Made by a program: the position numbers and the translations under genes. A DNA stretch of 63,124 nt, the filler included, from Octopus bimaculoides (lineage: Eukaryota): the NCBI RefSeq assembly GCF_001194135.2. It is 7 parts of 7 records of this genome, joined end to end, with 100 filler letters (N's around TTAATTAATTAA, not from the genome) between each part and the next. Parts side by side here need not be neighbours in the genome. Positions count along the whole stretch, not along the records: positions 9,159 to 35,867 come from NC_068982.1; positions 35,968 to 47,179 come from NC_069007.1; 5 more parts are not named here. The stretch is one strand, 5' to 3'. The notes beneath the pieces are model-generated. The model did no database searches, was not told the DNA's origin, and worked only from the letters and a program-made list of their open reading frames with translations. Of the stretch, positions 21,902 to 36,269 are shown one piece after another. The stretch's first letter is position 1, and every line of letters starts with the position of its first letter.

Positions 21902-24900
21902 NNNNNNNNNNNNNNNNNNNNNNNNNNNNNNNNNNNNNNNNNNNNNNNNNNNNNNNNNNNNNNNNNNNNNNNNNNNNNNNNNNNNNNNNNNNNNNNNNNN
22001 NNNNNNNNNNNNNNNNNNNNNNNNNNNNNNNNNNNNNNNNNNNNNNNNNNNNNNNNNNNNNNNNNNNNNNNNNNNNNNNNNNNNNNNNNNNNNNNNNNNN
22101 NNNNNNNNNNNNNNNNNNNNNNNNNNNNNNNNNNNNNNNNNNNNNNNNNNNNNNNNNNNNNNNNNNNNNNNNNNNNNNNNNNNNNNNNNNNNNNNNNNNN
22201 NNNNNNNNNNNNNNNNNNNNNNNNNNNNNNNNNNNNNNNNNNNNNNNNNNNNNNNNNNNNNNNNNNNNNNNNNNNNNNNNNNNNNNNNNNNNNNNNNNNN
22301 NNNNNNNNNNNNNNNNNNNNNNNNNNNNNNNNNNNNNNNNNNNNNNNNNNNNNNNNNNNNNNNNNNNNNNNNNNNNNNNNNNNNNNNNNNNNNNNNNNNN
22401 NNNNNNNNNNNNNNNNTATATATATATATATATATAATATATATGCATCTATACGTACGTATATATATATATGTATGCATATATGTATGCATACACACTC
22501 TTATATTGCCAATGTAAAAACCAAACGATCAACATATATTTACTTGTAGTTTGTTATCTGAGTAATAACTGATGCAATTATCAACTGAAATAAAATAGAA
22601 TCTTACATGAATATATATCCGAACGTCCGTTAAATTACTGGAGATGGTCATGAGCATTTTATCAGAACTGCTGTAAGGAGAACAAAACACTTTCTTAAAT
22701 CCACAGTCAAAATTGAGTGACATTTGCTTAACATCTTATGTGTGTGATAGAAACTCACCAGAAAAGAAAATTGTGAAAAATACAGACGAAATAAAATATA
22801 TTTCTGAGGTTCACTTGATTTGACATTGTCAAATGTTACACTTTTGACTTCACAGGTTGCATTGAGACTTAGACATCGGCTTAACGGCTGCTAGTTTTAT
22901 TAGCCTGACACACAAGTGGAAATTTATTCAGGCGATGCTAACATCGACATGAACCGCCTGACATAAAGGATCAGGTAGAAATTATTTCCAGTTACCTGTT
23001 TTTGTCACAGCAGTTGAATGGTGAAGTAATGTTGTATTCTAAGTTGAAATTACGTTGAAATATCAGATGTTGTCAATATCTTCTTGTTGAAAGTGTAACG
23101 CCAGTATTTTGTGTTATATTTTCAATGAGAAACGGTTGTTATTTCTAGCAGGCCAAGAGACGACGTGGATACTCTCCCATTGGTTCGCAGAGTTCAACTG
23201 GGTTAGATGTGGTCTAGAAGCGGAGATGCTTCACTTGAATACCTATTAATGAAACGTTCTTTTGCTTATTATCAAGGGAAATATATGGTTTAAAATGTGA
23301 ATTTAATGCGTTTAATACGAATAATATAAATATAGATACATGCGTTCTTTGAGAAATTTAAAGAACTACATGCAAAACAGGATAATTGTTTTTCACCTGA
23401 CGAGAATGTCTGATTTTTAGCGAGAAATTAATGATAAACAGGCCCTAGTATATGATTTGTACTTTAACTTATCAATCCTGGAGTGATAAAAGCTGAATCT
23501 GAGATAGAGGGAATTCGAACCCAGAATGTGTAATACCGAAAAAAATAAACGTAAAAGAATATAAAATATCGAAATAAATTACGTAAGATATTTTTCAGGC
23601 TTCCCTCAGTGGCGGCTTTCCTCAGTAGCAGCTTTTTCGTTAATTAGGGTACATTTGTCGAGTATTTCATTACACGGAAGTCTTGATTTCAAGTACGGTT
23701 GTCAATTCTTCAATATAAATTTTAAAAATATGTTGCTTTTTTACATTGAAGAACTACATATATGCCAGGGTTACAGTGAATATTAGCGAATTAACTATGG
23801 GTATAGGATTAAAACATACCACAACAACAATACAAAAGCACCAACGATTACTAACCGCCGCCATCATCAACATAAACACTAGCACCATCACGAGTATACC
23901 TACCACGGTCACGCGCCGGTACCAGTTTCGTTACCGCTTCTGCCACGTTGACCAGCTCTTGTATCACAAATATCGTCATAATCCCCGCAAAGATCATCGT
24001 GGTCACTAGTACTACCATCAAGATCTTCATCAGCATCTCAATGACAACGTCACAGCCACCGTTGCTATATCCATCACTACCTCCACTACCACTAATGCCA
24101 CCTCCACCCTACCCCTAAGCCGAAACAAGTACCACAAGAAAATATCCCACCTCCCAGCCACACTAAAAGAAGATACAATTAATTGTACATCCTGTTTATA
24201 TGGATATAACTATGCCCTATTATTCCTTTCTTAACTACTACTGGTTGATGAAATGAGGGTCTAAACCCTCTTGATTTCAAATCATATTACAGATCATTCA
24301 GCTCAAATATAATCGATTCTCATCATTCTATTGCATATATAATGTGAGGTGTATTTCGCAAGACATAATCGATAACACATTTACCTCTTACACCAACGTA
24401 TATAACATAATTTTTTCCCTCACATATAATAGATTACATTTTATTACATTTTATATTGTAAAATATACAGTCAAAATAAATTATCGACAGGGTCAACAGA
24501 GAAAAAATCACATAATTTGTTTGACGTCCATCATTAAACAACTGGGTTATTATAATTTCCCAGTTTTATATCTTTAAACATACGTCTTAAAGTTGTTACA
24601 ATAAAATGTCCGGCATATAGTTAATATTGGTGAAACTTGTCGCCTACTTAAACCTCTCATTAGCCAACTGATATGGGTAACATTCCCATTTGGGTTACTA
24701 AACAATATTCTTGACTCATTATTTCTTTATTTCTGTTATTGATACTATATGTCACCTACATATACACGCAGACTGATATAATCAGATGCATATGCGAAGA
24801 ATATATGCGGACGTGCGTTAACGTACATAGACATATATGTATGTCTACATTTGTATCTTGTACTACGTATCTCCATCTCCTCCTCAATCTGTATGCACAC

Positions 24901-25056
24901 GCACACACATATACATACACATTATATTATATGTGTATTTAAAATCAAATTTCCAAAAATCTCATCAATTTCCTGAATGATTTTATGCATATGTATATAT
25001 GTATATGCATACATACAGTCAAGTAACTTTACAATGGTGCATATACATATACATAC

Positions 25057-25089
<33 letters not shown>

Positions 25090-25422
25090 NNNNNNNNNNN
25101 NNNNNNNNNNNNNNNNNNNNNNNNNNNNNNNNNNNNNNNNNNNNNNNNNNNNNNNNNNNNNNNNNNNNNNNNNNNNNNNNNNNNNNNNNNNNNNNNNNNN
25201 NNNNNNNNNNNNNNNNNNNNNNNNNNNNNNNNNNNNNNNNNNNNNNNNNNNNNNNNNNNNNNNNNNNNNNNNNNNNNNNNNNNNNNNNNNNNNNNNNNNN
25301 NNNNNNNNNNNNNNNNNNNNNNNNNNNNNNNNNNNNNNNNNNNNNNNNNNNNNNNNNNNNNNNNNNNNNNNNNNNNNNNNNNNNNNNNNNNNNNNNNNNN
25401 NNNNNNNNNNNNNNNNNNNNTA

Positions 25423-25458
<36 letters not shown>

Positions 25459-25809
25459 CGTACATATATACTTATATATGTATAAATGGTATGTATGTAT
25501 GTTTGAGTGTGTGTGTTAGTATATAAAGCGAAGTTGAGCAATTTATAAGATTAGAAAAAGACATCTTCATATACACATATATAAACACAAAATAAAACGA
25601 ATACTCACATACAGACAGAAACACATAGACACACATGCGCATACGCTCTTAGATAAGAAATTAACTGACTAATGATAGAATTGGTACGGTGTAAGATAAC
25701 CAATGCCCAGACAAGAAATAGAAAATAAAATCACTGTAAAAAATAATAAAATAGAAACTTATCAAAGTGAAACACAAATATTTCTTACCTAATTATATTA
25801 ATAGATAGA

Positions 25810-26170
25810 CGGGAAATTTGATGTTAATGGTGATAGTACTGATGATGGTAGTGGTGGCGGAGGTGGTGGTGGTGGCCTGTGCTGATGATAATGTAATGAA
25901 AACGACGGAGGTAACGGGGCAGGCAGCAGTGGAGGAAGTGCGTCGTTATGCTCATGATGATTATAAGGAAGATGAACATTATGATGACGATGATGACCAC
26001 GATGACGGTGACAATGGTCAATTGCGATATTGGTGAGGGTATCGATGAGGAACGTCTTCGATAGAAATGCTGCAAAGCGGAACAAGAAAGAATGATTTTA
26101 CTCCATACCAGGGGGTTCACCTAATGTTCCATCGTGCTGTGGCTTAGAATACATACATGCATGTATATAT

Positions 26171-26210
<40 letters not shown>

Positions 26211-26300
26211 TTATGTATGTATGTATATATGTATGTGTGTNNNNNNNNNNNNNNNNNNNNNNNNNNNNNNNNNNNNTATGTGTGTGTATGTGTATATATA

Positions 26301-26337
<37 letters not shown>

Positions 26338-26710
26338 ATGTATGTGTGTGTATGTGTATATGTATGTATGTATGTATGTGTGTGTGTGTATGTGTATATA
26401 TGTGTGTGTGTGTGTGTGTGTGAGTATTTTTGGTCAGATATTCACGAAAAAACTCCACTGTCCTTCGGGTCACGTGCCGATATGTTGGCTGAAACCATAG
26501 CTTACATGTCCTGATGAAAATGTTATGTCGTTGCTGCTGCTGCTGATGGTGATGAAAGCGATGATGACGATGTTTAAGTTGATGATTATGATGATGATAA
26601 CGATGATGACGAAGATGACGACGATGACGATGATGATGATGATGACGACGACAACGACGACGACAGTGGTGATAATGATGATGTTGATGATAATGGCTTC
26701 GACGACAAAG
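25810..26710. repeat. Degenerate (GAT/GGT)n arrays flanking TG/TA microsatellites
   Basis: Directly visible. Confidence 0.85.
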
Positions 26711-27339
26711 ACTGATGATTTTGTTGTTATCGTTCTCTTTAATTGCTGGCGTGTCTGCCGAATAAACAATGTTTTCTTATCATTAACTAAAGAGTAGAGT
26801 CATCATTCCAAGACATTAATCTATTCTCAAGAGCAAGTAGTAAACAATTTTTAAACAAGTCATATTATCTATAAAAGATGATGCAAGAAACAGCAGCAAT
26901 AGCTGCAACTACAGCAACAACGACGACGTCGACGACGACAACAGTACCAGCAATAAGATATACAACAACAACAATAACAAAAACTTAAGGACCCTAAGTT
27001 CAAGTGGTAAATAAATATCTAAAATAACTTCTGTGCCCCTAGGAGCTTTTTACAACTGATATTTAGCTCCAGATTTTTACGGCGTTAAACAAGATAAGAC
27101 TTTTGCTTCGAAAGAAAGATTGTCGGATGTATAGTGAGCAAAAAGAGTATGGTGAGCGAAATAAATATGTTGTCCCTCATACGATAAATCCATCTTCTGA
27201 AATAGCAGCTAAATTCTTTTGAAATTCTTTTGTCTTAAAATGGAAATGAAACAGCTTGAACTTCTTTGGCCGCTGATTTATTCAACAGTAACTATATAAA
27301 CGTTAGATGAATTTCAAGGCGAATCATTTAGGCGATGAA

Positions 27340-27550
27340 GTAACTTACTGAAATGAAGAGAGTAGGATAATAAAGGTATTCTGCACAGATGGTATGATGG
27401 ATGTTGAAGCGCTAAACTGGGGGGAAAAACTCTCAAGAGAACTTTCTAAAAATCAGAGATCACAGTCTAGGAATGATTTGAGAAGAGAATACCTTGAACA
27501 ATTAATGACAATTGGAAAGTTGAAGGGAAAGAGAGAAAGTAAGAGAGAGG
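27340..27550 (+). mobile_element. RTE-like LINE 3' coding remnant
   Basis: RREYLEQLMTIGKLKGKR resembles the RRxxLExLxxxGKIEGKR C-terminal motif. Confidence 0.5.
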
Positions 27551-27752
27551 GTGGGGAGAAGCTAGTAAGACGTTAGTCTTACTAGTCTTACTAGCTTCTT
27601 ATTGAAAGACTGAGTATAAGTTGTGTGGAAAAGAAATGGGTGGAGACCCTTGTTCTTCGGCACCTGTGGGCATTGTACATGAACAAGAAAGAGAAGCAGT
27701 AGTATTAGTATTAATCTTAATAGTAGTGGCAGTAGCAGCAGCAGTAGTAATG

Positions 27753-27803
<51 letters not shown>

Positions 27804-28820
27804 ATGGTGGTCAGGATGTCCGCCAGAAAAAAATGGTATAAAATTAGACGTGCTATTCAAGAGCCCTTGTACCATGGCTGTCAGCAGGGGGGTGGGGTGG
27901 AAAATATCAACTTGGTGTTAATTGATGCATTAATAAGGTACGTGAAGGCTTCGGTGAAGAGACGGAGGTATTTGGGAGGGATTGAAAACGGGGAAGATGA
28001 GGCGGACATTAAAATATCTCAACCAACCTCAGCTGATTTCGGTTGTTAGTTTATATTAATACTGAAACGGTATTTGTCTCACCCATCAAATGTCTAATGG
28101 CTTTGAGACCGTTAATTGAGGATGGTCCAGTCTACATAACTGAAGTTATGTGCCATAGTGGTAGTAGGGCTTAGAGAAGAATAATATTCACCAAGCCTAA
28201 TTATCTGCTGGTCAACAGAAGGCCTTATATGCTACAAATAGCAATTAAATATCCCTCGATCTACCGTCTTAAAAACGAACGATTCAGGTGATTACATAGG
28301 TTTAGATATATTATTCTTTAAAACCAAAACAAAAGGGATGGTCGCAAATGCAGTGTTCATTTGTATGTTCCATCGGAACAAAGTAGAGAATAAGAATCGA
28401 ATTAAAAGGACGTTATTTAATTACCTGAAGCAACTTGTAGGAACTACATCAATCGCTTCTATAGATTACAGGAATTACCTTTATATGCTAATTATTAAGT
28501 TATTACTGAGAATTTCTTATATTTAGTGGATATCGAAAAGCAATTATACATCGTTATTTACTTATAAATAACCCGCCTGTATTTGCTTGTTACGGCAATG
28601 TTTTCCAATCATTAAGTAATGTATAATATATATCTTTATGCAGAATGTATACACGATAGAAACGTGAGCGGAAAGCGTATATGGTACAGGCATTGCGAAC
28701 TTATGATCACCCGCATCACCATCATCACCGCCGCTACAATGACCACTCTCACGACTACGATGGCGACCGTTAGCCTTATGAAAACCACCACCACCACGAA
28801 CACCATCACTCTCTCTCTCA

Positions 28821-28881
<61 letters not shown>

Positions 28882-30419
28882 TATAATATACTGCCGATTT
28901 AAGTGGACTTTAGACTTTTCCACTTTAATGGCATATTTATCTAATTGAATAAGCCGATAAAGACGAAACTTGTAATCTGAGTCAAATTAATAAATAATAT
29001 TATTAATGATATTAATAATAATATCATCGATACTATCTATTATTTATTAATAATAAAACAGCATTATCAATAAAATTTACTCTTCTAAATGTGTAGAATC
29101 ACGTCATGAGTCACGGTTTCAATGTTTCTGTATATTCTCTACAACATCAAATAATACATATACATCTCTCAGTCGATCTATGTGACTGACAACAATAAAC
29201 TTCATATTGAACATACCAACGTTGAGAGTCAGGTGTATATTCATTCACTGTAGTCACATAGTATATTCGGCTTATGCTTCACAGAAGACAGATAGCTGAC
29301 ATGACAACCAGTTGAATGCTTTCTTCAAGATAGGAATTTATAAGTATGATTTCCTGCTTTAATTACTATAATGCACATGTTGACAATAATTTCGTATCGA
29401 AATTGTAGCAGTAGTATCAGCGCAATGACTATCTAGATAGAAATGAATTTTGATTAAATTACGCTGCTTTCAAAATACTAAAATTTACACTATCCGGCCA
29501 AGATAGATATGGCACAGAGTCAAAGGAACATCTAGATATTCTAAAAGATGATCTACATTCCATTATGTCCACAATGTAAATTATTACTGTACACAATAAT
29601 GTTTCTTTTCCCCCACGCAGTAAGGACATACACAATAGGGTAAAAAGAAATGTTTCGCCCAGAAAGAGTGGAGTTATTTTCAATTGGGTATCAGAACTTT
29701 AGTTTCCAACTCTTTCCTAATAGTTGGTTCAAGTCCAAATGCTATTATTTGGATTTCTTACGAAGAGGAATAATGGCAATTTAATAATAATAAAATGAAG
29801 ACAATCTGGTGTTAAACACAGTCATTTTTTTAAGAACTAGATTCTATACCAATATGTGGCATCTTGGACATATGGTTTTTACCGTAGCCCAGTGAATTTA
29901 ATTTTCTTCACAAAAACTGTGTAGAAGCACATCAGATAGTTAATGTTTGTAATTTAAACACCAAGCCTTATCACACACTGCGCCGCACTGTTTCCACCTG
30001 AGATTTAAGCTTTTGAGACCCGTCTCTGTAAAATTTTCAGTCAGGCTTATTCCACGAATAAAGACTCTGCTGGGTCAAAAAAAAAAAAAATTAATAAATG
30101 AATAAAAAAAAATAAATACACACAATCGAAACTGAAGTAAACTCCCTCCCATGCTTGTTTTCAAGTACAAAGTGTCAAATCTATTTATGTGCTGTTTTTC
30201 TAAGGTGGGAGAGTAAACTGGGCGATTTTTGGCAACACCATTTAGCAAGTCAAGCGGAATGGTAGTGGATCCTCTCTTTAATAGTTAAGATTAGACACAT
30301 ATTTTGGTGCTTGATAGCGTTGAATTCAAGTTCTGTGGTTGGCTCTTAAATATGCAACAAATTTTGTTAACTTTTCTTTGAAGAACTGCATATGGTCATG
30401 GGATTAAAATGCATCCTAG

Positions 30420-31210
30420 AAACGATTTCAACAGCAGCAACCATCATTACATCACCATCATCAATATTAGCACCACGAACACGACCATTAACCAACCACC
30501 ACCATTGCCACCATCTGTACCACCTTAACGACATCTTGTACTACAAATTTCATCATAATCACCATCACCAACATCACAACCTCTACCACCACAACTACGA
30601 TGGCTATCACCAGCAATTCCACGTTCATAAACCACACCACAACCACTTCTACTAACAGCAAAACCACTACTGCAACTACCTCAAGCACCATCAACAGCAA
30701 CACCAGCTGCTTTACCAACACAACCACCATCATCGCGATGAATACAACAGAAACCACCACTAGCCTCACACGGCGGTGGCCACTGCCTCAATCATTGCCA
30801 CTAACATCACCACCAGAACCAACACCATCACAGTGAGCCTAATCAAAACGACACTAGTGACATCACCAGACGACAAGTATAATGGGCACCCTCAGAACCA
30901 ACACCATCACAGCCTACATCAACAAAATCCCAGTAACAACCACTATATATAAGTTTAACCACCAATACTAATAATTGCATAAGCCCCAAAATCCTCACCA
31001 CTACTTTAATGATCACCACCACCACCACCAACCACCACCACCGCCACTGACCTTATGGCCATTATCCCCACTAGTACTCTCACCAATCCTCCACCACCAC
31101 TCAGAGAACCAACCACAGAATACAACCACTGCCTCCACCGGCAACAGCAGAAACACTAGTGCCATCATCATCCTCATCCTTTTCATCGTCATCATCATCA
31201 TCATCATCTC
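30420..31210. repeat. Degenerate (CAC/CAT/CAA)n trinucleotide low-complexity array
   Basis: Directly visible. Confidence 0.85.
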
Positions 31211-31946
31211 CATTATTAACACGTTTATGACTGATAATTTTGCCTATGAATGGTAACTTAATATCACCAAAATTTATCATTTTTGAGAATCGATATTCAT
31301 GGCCCAGTAATACGAGTTAGTAACCATGCATTAACCAAGCTTCATCAATTAGAAGCTGTAAACAAAGGAATTAATTTACAATAACTAAAAGAGATATGAC
31401 GCTTCCATTTACGATTTGCTCATTTCAGACAGTCGAATAATAATAAGTGTAGCATTAAGCAATTAATTAATTAATTAATTAAATGATTAATTAATAAATT
31501 AATTATATAAGCACTATTGCTATTGGTGGACTAGCATTGCGTGTGTATACATTAGATTACATGTGAGGATCTATACGTGTATGAATACCTTTGATAAACA
31601 CAAACAATCGTGCATGTACATGAAAATACATAAGAGCACATATTTGCAGATGTACAAAAACGCCCATAAGCACACCTGAAATACATTGATATAAATACAC
31701 TGGCAACATCATTAGCGATGCACTAGTATGTGAATGTGTCTCCGTATTTACATATGTATATATTTATGTATGTATGTATGTATGTATGTATGTATGCGTG
31801 TTTGTATGTATGTATGTATCTATCTATACATACGCGCTCACACATGTCTATATATATACATATACATATACATATATATATATGTATACATGTGTGTGTG
31901 TACATACATATGCACATGTGAACATATTCTGAATTATTTAATACAT

Positions 31947-32001
<55 letters not shown>

Positions 32002-33764
32002 NNNNNNNNNNNNNNNNNNNNNNNNNNNNNNNNNNNNNNNNNNNNNNNNNNNNNNNNNNNNNNNNNNNNNNNNNNNNNNNNNNNNNNNNNNNNNNNNNNN
32101 NNNNNNNNNNNNNNNNNNNNNNNNNNNNNNNNNNNNNNNNNNNNNNNNNNNNNNNNNNNNNNNNNNNNNNNNNNNNNNNNNNNNNNNNNNNNNNNNNNNN
32201 NNNNNNNNNNNNNNNNNNNNNNNNNNNNNNNNNNNNNNNNNNNNNNNNNNNNNNNNNNNNNNNNNNNNNNNNNNNNNNNNNNNNNNNNNNNNNNNNNNNN
32301 NNNNNNNNNNNNNNNNNNNNNNNNNNNNNNNNNNNNNNNNNNNNNNNNNNNNNNNNNNNNNNNNNNNNNNNNNNNNNNNNNNNNNNNNNNNNNNNNNNNN
32401 NNNNNNNNNNNNNNNNNNNNNNNNNNNNNNNNNNNNNNNNNNNNNNNNNNNNNNNNNNNNNNNNNNNNNNNNNNNNNNNNNNNNNNNNNNNNNNNNNNNN
32501 NNNNNNNNNNNNNNNNNNNNNNNNNNNNNNNNNNNNNNNNNNNNNNNNNNNNNNNNNNNNNNNNNNNNNNNNNNNNNNNNNNNNNNNNNNNNNNNNNNNN
32601 NNNNNNNNNNNNNNNNNNNNNNNNNNNNNNNNNNNNNNNNNNNNNNNNNNNNNNNNNNNNNNNNNNNNNNNNNNNNNNNNNNNNNNNNNNNNNNNNNNNN
32701 NNNNNNNNNNNNNNNNNNNNNNNNNNNTATATATATAGATATATAGATATACCTACATACATATATATACATATAATTACACGTACATTTATACATATGT
32801 ATGTATATTACCTATATATTTTGTACGTATATATGTATGTGTATATATTAATATTTATATATATACACACACACATATTGGTATGTATGTGCATATGTCT
32901 AATTAAAACAAAAACAACTATGATAAAAGCACAAAGAACAACGACAGTAACACGAATAATGTAGAGAACAATAGCAACCAAGCTTGTGGTATACTCATTT
33001 GTAGGACGTTGTGTAAGCGTTCGTTATCAATAACTAGAATATCTCTTCTGCAAAATACTTTGTAATGGACTGAATATTTTCCATTGAGCTGGAGCAGGTG
33101 ATGAAGATAGATGAAGTTTCATAGGGAATGAAGTATAGAGATGGAAATGAACGAAAAATTAGATGAATAATAAAAAAAAAAGAAAATACAAGCTAAGAAT
33201 AGGAAAAGAAGGAGGAGAAGGTAGAAAAAAATATGATGAGGAGGTGTAAGGAGAATACAAAGTGAAAACCGTTCCGCACACGGATCTACATCAATACTAA
33301 TTGAAAGAAAATAAAGAAAAGTAAAGTAAGATAAGCAATAATAAATTCTTATACTGCTACAACTACTGTTCCTGTTAATACTAATACTAATACTAATAAA
33401 AATGATGATGGTGATGATGATGATGATGATGATGATAACAATAATAATATAACAAAGAAAATTAATAAAAGAGAAATAATACGAACAAGGACAAAATGCA
33501 AAGAAACCAAGAATAAACAACATTGGAAATGTTTATAAAGAACACAACAGCAAAATATTAATAATAACACAGAGAATGAAGAAAAACAAGTGCTTTGAAG
33601 AAGAAATTCATTACAAGCAACGATATGGAAACTTAAAAAGAAGAAATAAATAAGAGAAAAATAAATAAAACGAAAGAGATAAAGGAATATCTGAAAATGG
33701 AAATCGCCTGCAGAACATACTTGTAATATATATACTACATGCTATACATACATACATACATATG

Positions 33765-33826
<62 letters not shown>

Positions 33827-34514
33827 NNNNNNNNNNNNNNNNNNNNNNNNNNNNNNNNNNNNNNNNNNNNNNNNNNNNNNNNNNNNNNNNNNNNNNNNNN
33901 NNNNNNNNNNNNNNNNNNNNNNNNNNNNNNNNNNNNNNNNNNNNNNNNNNNNNNNNNNNNNNNNNNNNNNNNNNNNNNNNNNNNNNNNNNNNNNNNNNNN
34001 NNNNNNNNNNNNNNNNNNNNNNNNNNNNNNNNNNNNNNNNNNNNNNNNNNNNNNNNNNNNNNNNNNNNNNNNNNNNNNNNNNNNNNNNNNNNNNNNNNNN
34101 NNNNNNNNNNNNNNNNNNNNNNNNNNNNNNNNNNNNNNNNNNNNNNNNNNNNNNNNNNNNNNNNNNNNNNNNNNNNNNNNNNNNNNNNNNNNNNNNNNNN
34201 NNNNNNNNNNNNNNNNNNNNNNNNNNNNNNNNNNNNNNNNNNNNNNNNNNNNNNNNNNNNNNNNNNNNNNNNNNNNNNNNNNNNNNNNNNNNNNNNNNNN
34301 NNNNNNNNNNNNNNNNNNNNNNNNNNNNNNNNNNNNNNNNNNNNNNNNNNNNNNNNNNNNNNNNNNNNNNNNNNNNNNNNNNNNNNNNNNNNNNNNNNNN
34401 NNNNNNNNNNNNNNNNNNNNNNNNNNNNNNNNNNNNNNNNNNNNNNNNNNNNNATATATATATATATATACACACACTTATATAAACAGATAAATAGGTT
34501 TTGATATAATATGC

Positions 34515-34548
<34 letters not shown>

Positions 34549-34974
34549 GCACACGCATACGCACACACACACAGAGGTTTGTATGACGATATACATTTAT
34601 ACAGTTATATATGTAGGTGTACACACTACCCCTTGTGTGTATATGTGTGTATTGTTCCGCAGAAATGTTGATAAATGAAAGTAATGGCGGATGAAGCTGA
34701 CTGGTGAACAAAAGTTGCGATGCAGCTTTCGCGTCTCATTTTGAAAATGCTTCACTTCACATAATGTTGCAAATGTTTTGAAGAGCCATCGAAATCAGAT
34801 GCGCGCTTGCGAAGATGTTACGGATTAGGCTGACTGATTCGTAGCCGCATGATTTCTCGATCTAGTAAAAATAGTTGCCAAGCACAAACTACCCGCTGAC
34901 ATCCTAAAATAAAAAAGGAAAAAAGAATAAGGATGTCTTTATAGATTATTTATAGTTTGCCCTTGCTCTAAGGG

Positions 34975-35480
34975 TATCAGCTTCTCGTTAGATAGACTTT
35001 CAGTATGGGTTACTCCTAACTAAACTACGTCATCCTTTTTGACTTTTTCAAACCGAACATCGTTTACAATTGATACATCTTTCCGAATTTGATACAGACT
35101 TTCTACTTAGGGAAAACTTGTAAATTCTCGGATAGAGTCTGGCCGTATATATATATTTTCCAGGGACCATTCATCTCAGCTCATAACGTAATTATGTTAT
35201 CTACACACCCATGATGTTGAACTACTTCCATAAATCTCTAGCTTTAGGTTTAAACTTCTGGTCAATTGTTTCAGCTAACAGGTCTTGAACTTAGCTATTA
35301 TCCTTTTATCCATTAGCTGGAACAAAGAAGTTGCACTCTCGGGAGGTATGTTCCACTTTCACATTATGGGAAGGCACATTGAAGATCTTTCTGTGGTTTG
35401 GAAGATAGGGTTTTACGACAAAGTTTTGTATATAAAGAATTTATTCTCTTACGAAATACAGCGGCAAACTTACTTTACGT
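34975..35480 (-). mobile_element. Tigger/pogo-like transposase fragment (C-terminal half of DDE_1)
   Basis: NVKVE...PPESATSLFQLMDKRIIAKFKTC*LKQL (~LPPNTTSLIQPMDQGII) and RFEKVKKDDVV*L...HTESLSNEKLI. Confidence 0.7.
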
Positions 35481-35588
35481 CCGGCAACGCCAAGACGCTT
35501 TAAGAGTAAATATGCAGCTATTCGTACACATATATAACTAAATACATAGATGTACACACACACACATACACACACACACACGCACACA

Positions 35589-35624
<36 letters not shown>

Positions 35625-35752
35625 CGCACACACACAAGTATGTGTGTGTATGTACAATTATGCATCTCTTAAAATTTGTGACTGCGAAGATGAACACCTG
35701 TATACATTATCCGTTAATCAGTATTTTGTGTATATATATATATATATATATA

Positions 35753-35867
35753 TGTAAGCCTAGTACTTATTGTATCGGTCTATTTTTCCGAACCGCTAAG
35801 TAACGGGGACGTAAACACACCAACATCGGTTGTCAAATGATGGTTGGGGTACAAACACAGATATACG
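35753..35867 (-). mobile_element. SINE family A, 3' half, ending at a spacer gap
   Basis: Complement of ...acaaccgatg.tggtgtgtttacgtccccg...cttagcggttcgg...aataagtactaggcttac. Confidence 0.9.
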
Positions 35868-35967
35868 NNNNNNNNNNNNNNNNNNNNNNNNNNNNNNNNN
35901 NNNNNNNNNNNTTAATTAATTAANNNNNNNNNNNNNNNNNNNNNNNNNNNNNNNNNNNNNNNNNNNN
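35868..35967. other. Artificial scaffold spacer
   Basis: 44 N + TTAATTAATTAA (35912-35923) + 44 N. Confidence 0.95.
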
Positions 35968-35998
<31 letters not shown>

Positions 35999-36269
35999 TA
36001 TATTTTTTATATATGTTTATATATGTGTATATATTCTTCTACATTTATGAATTTATATGCATATATTTATGTACATGTGGTGTGTATGTCTGTATGCCCG
36101 CACACGAACCTGTATATGTGTATAAATGCATTTGTACGAAGGCGTGTATATGTATGCGTGTGAGACTAGGTGGTTGGGTGGGGGTTGTGTATGTAAGTGC
36201 CACCTGCACCGATGTGTTAATGACTATTGATTGGTTAATATATATCACCATAGGAAGATAACAGACACA

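Noticed and set aside
29459-29683. Possible piggyBac transposase remnant on the minus strand
   Set aside because: Only vague similarity (GGKETLLCT, IVD); no TTAA-flanked ends or catalytic motif could be confirmed.
31460-31505. TTAATTAATTAA run resembling the scaffold linker or a homeodomain cluster
   Set aside because: It is a natural (TTAA)n microsatellite with no flanking Ns; the TAAT density follows from the repeat.
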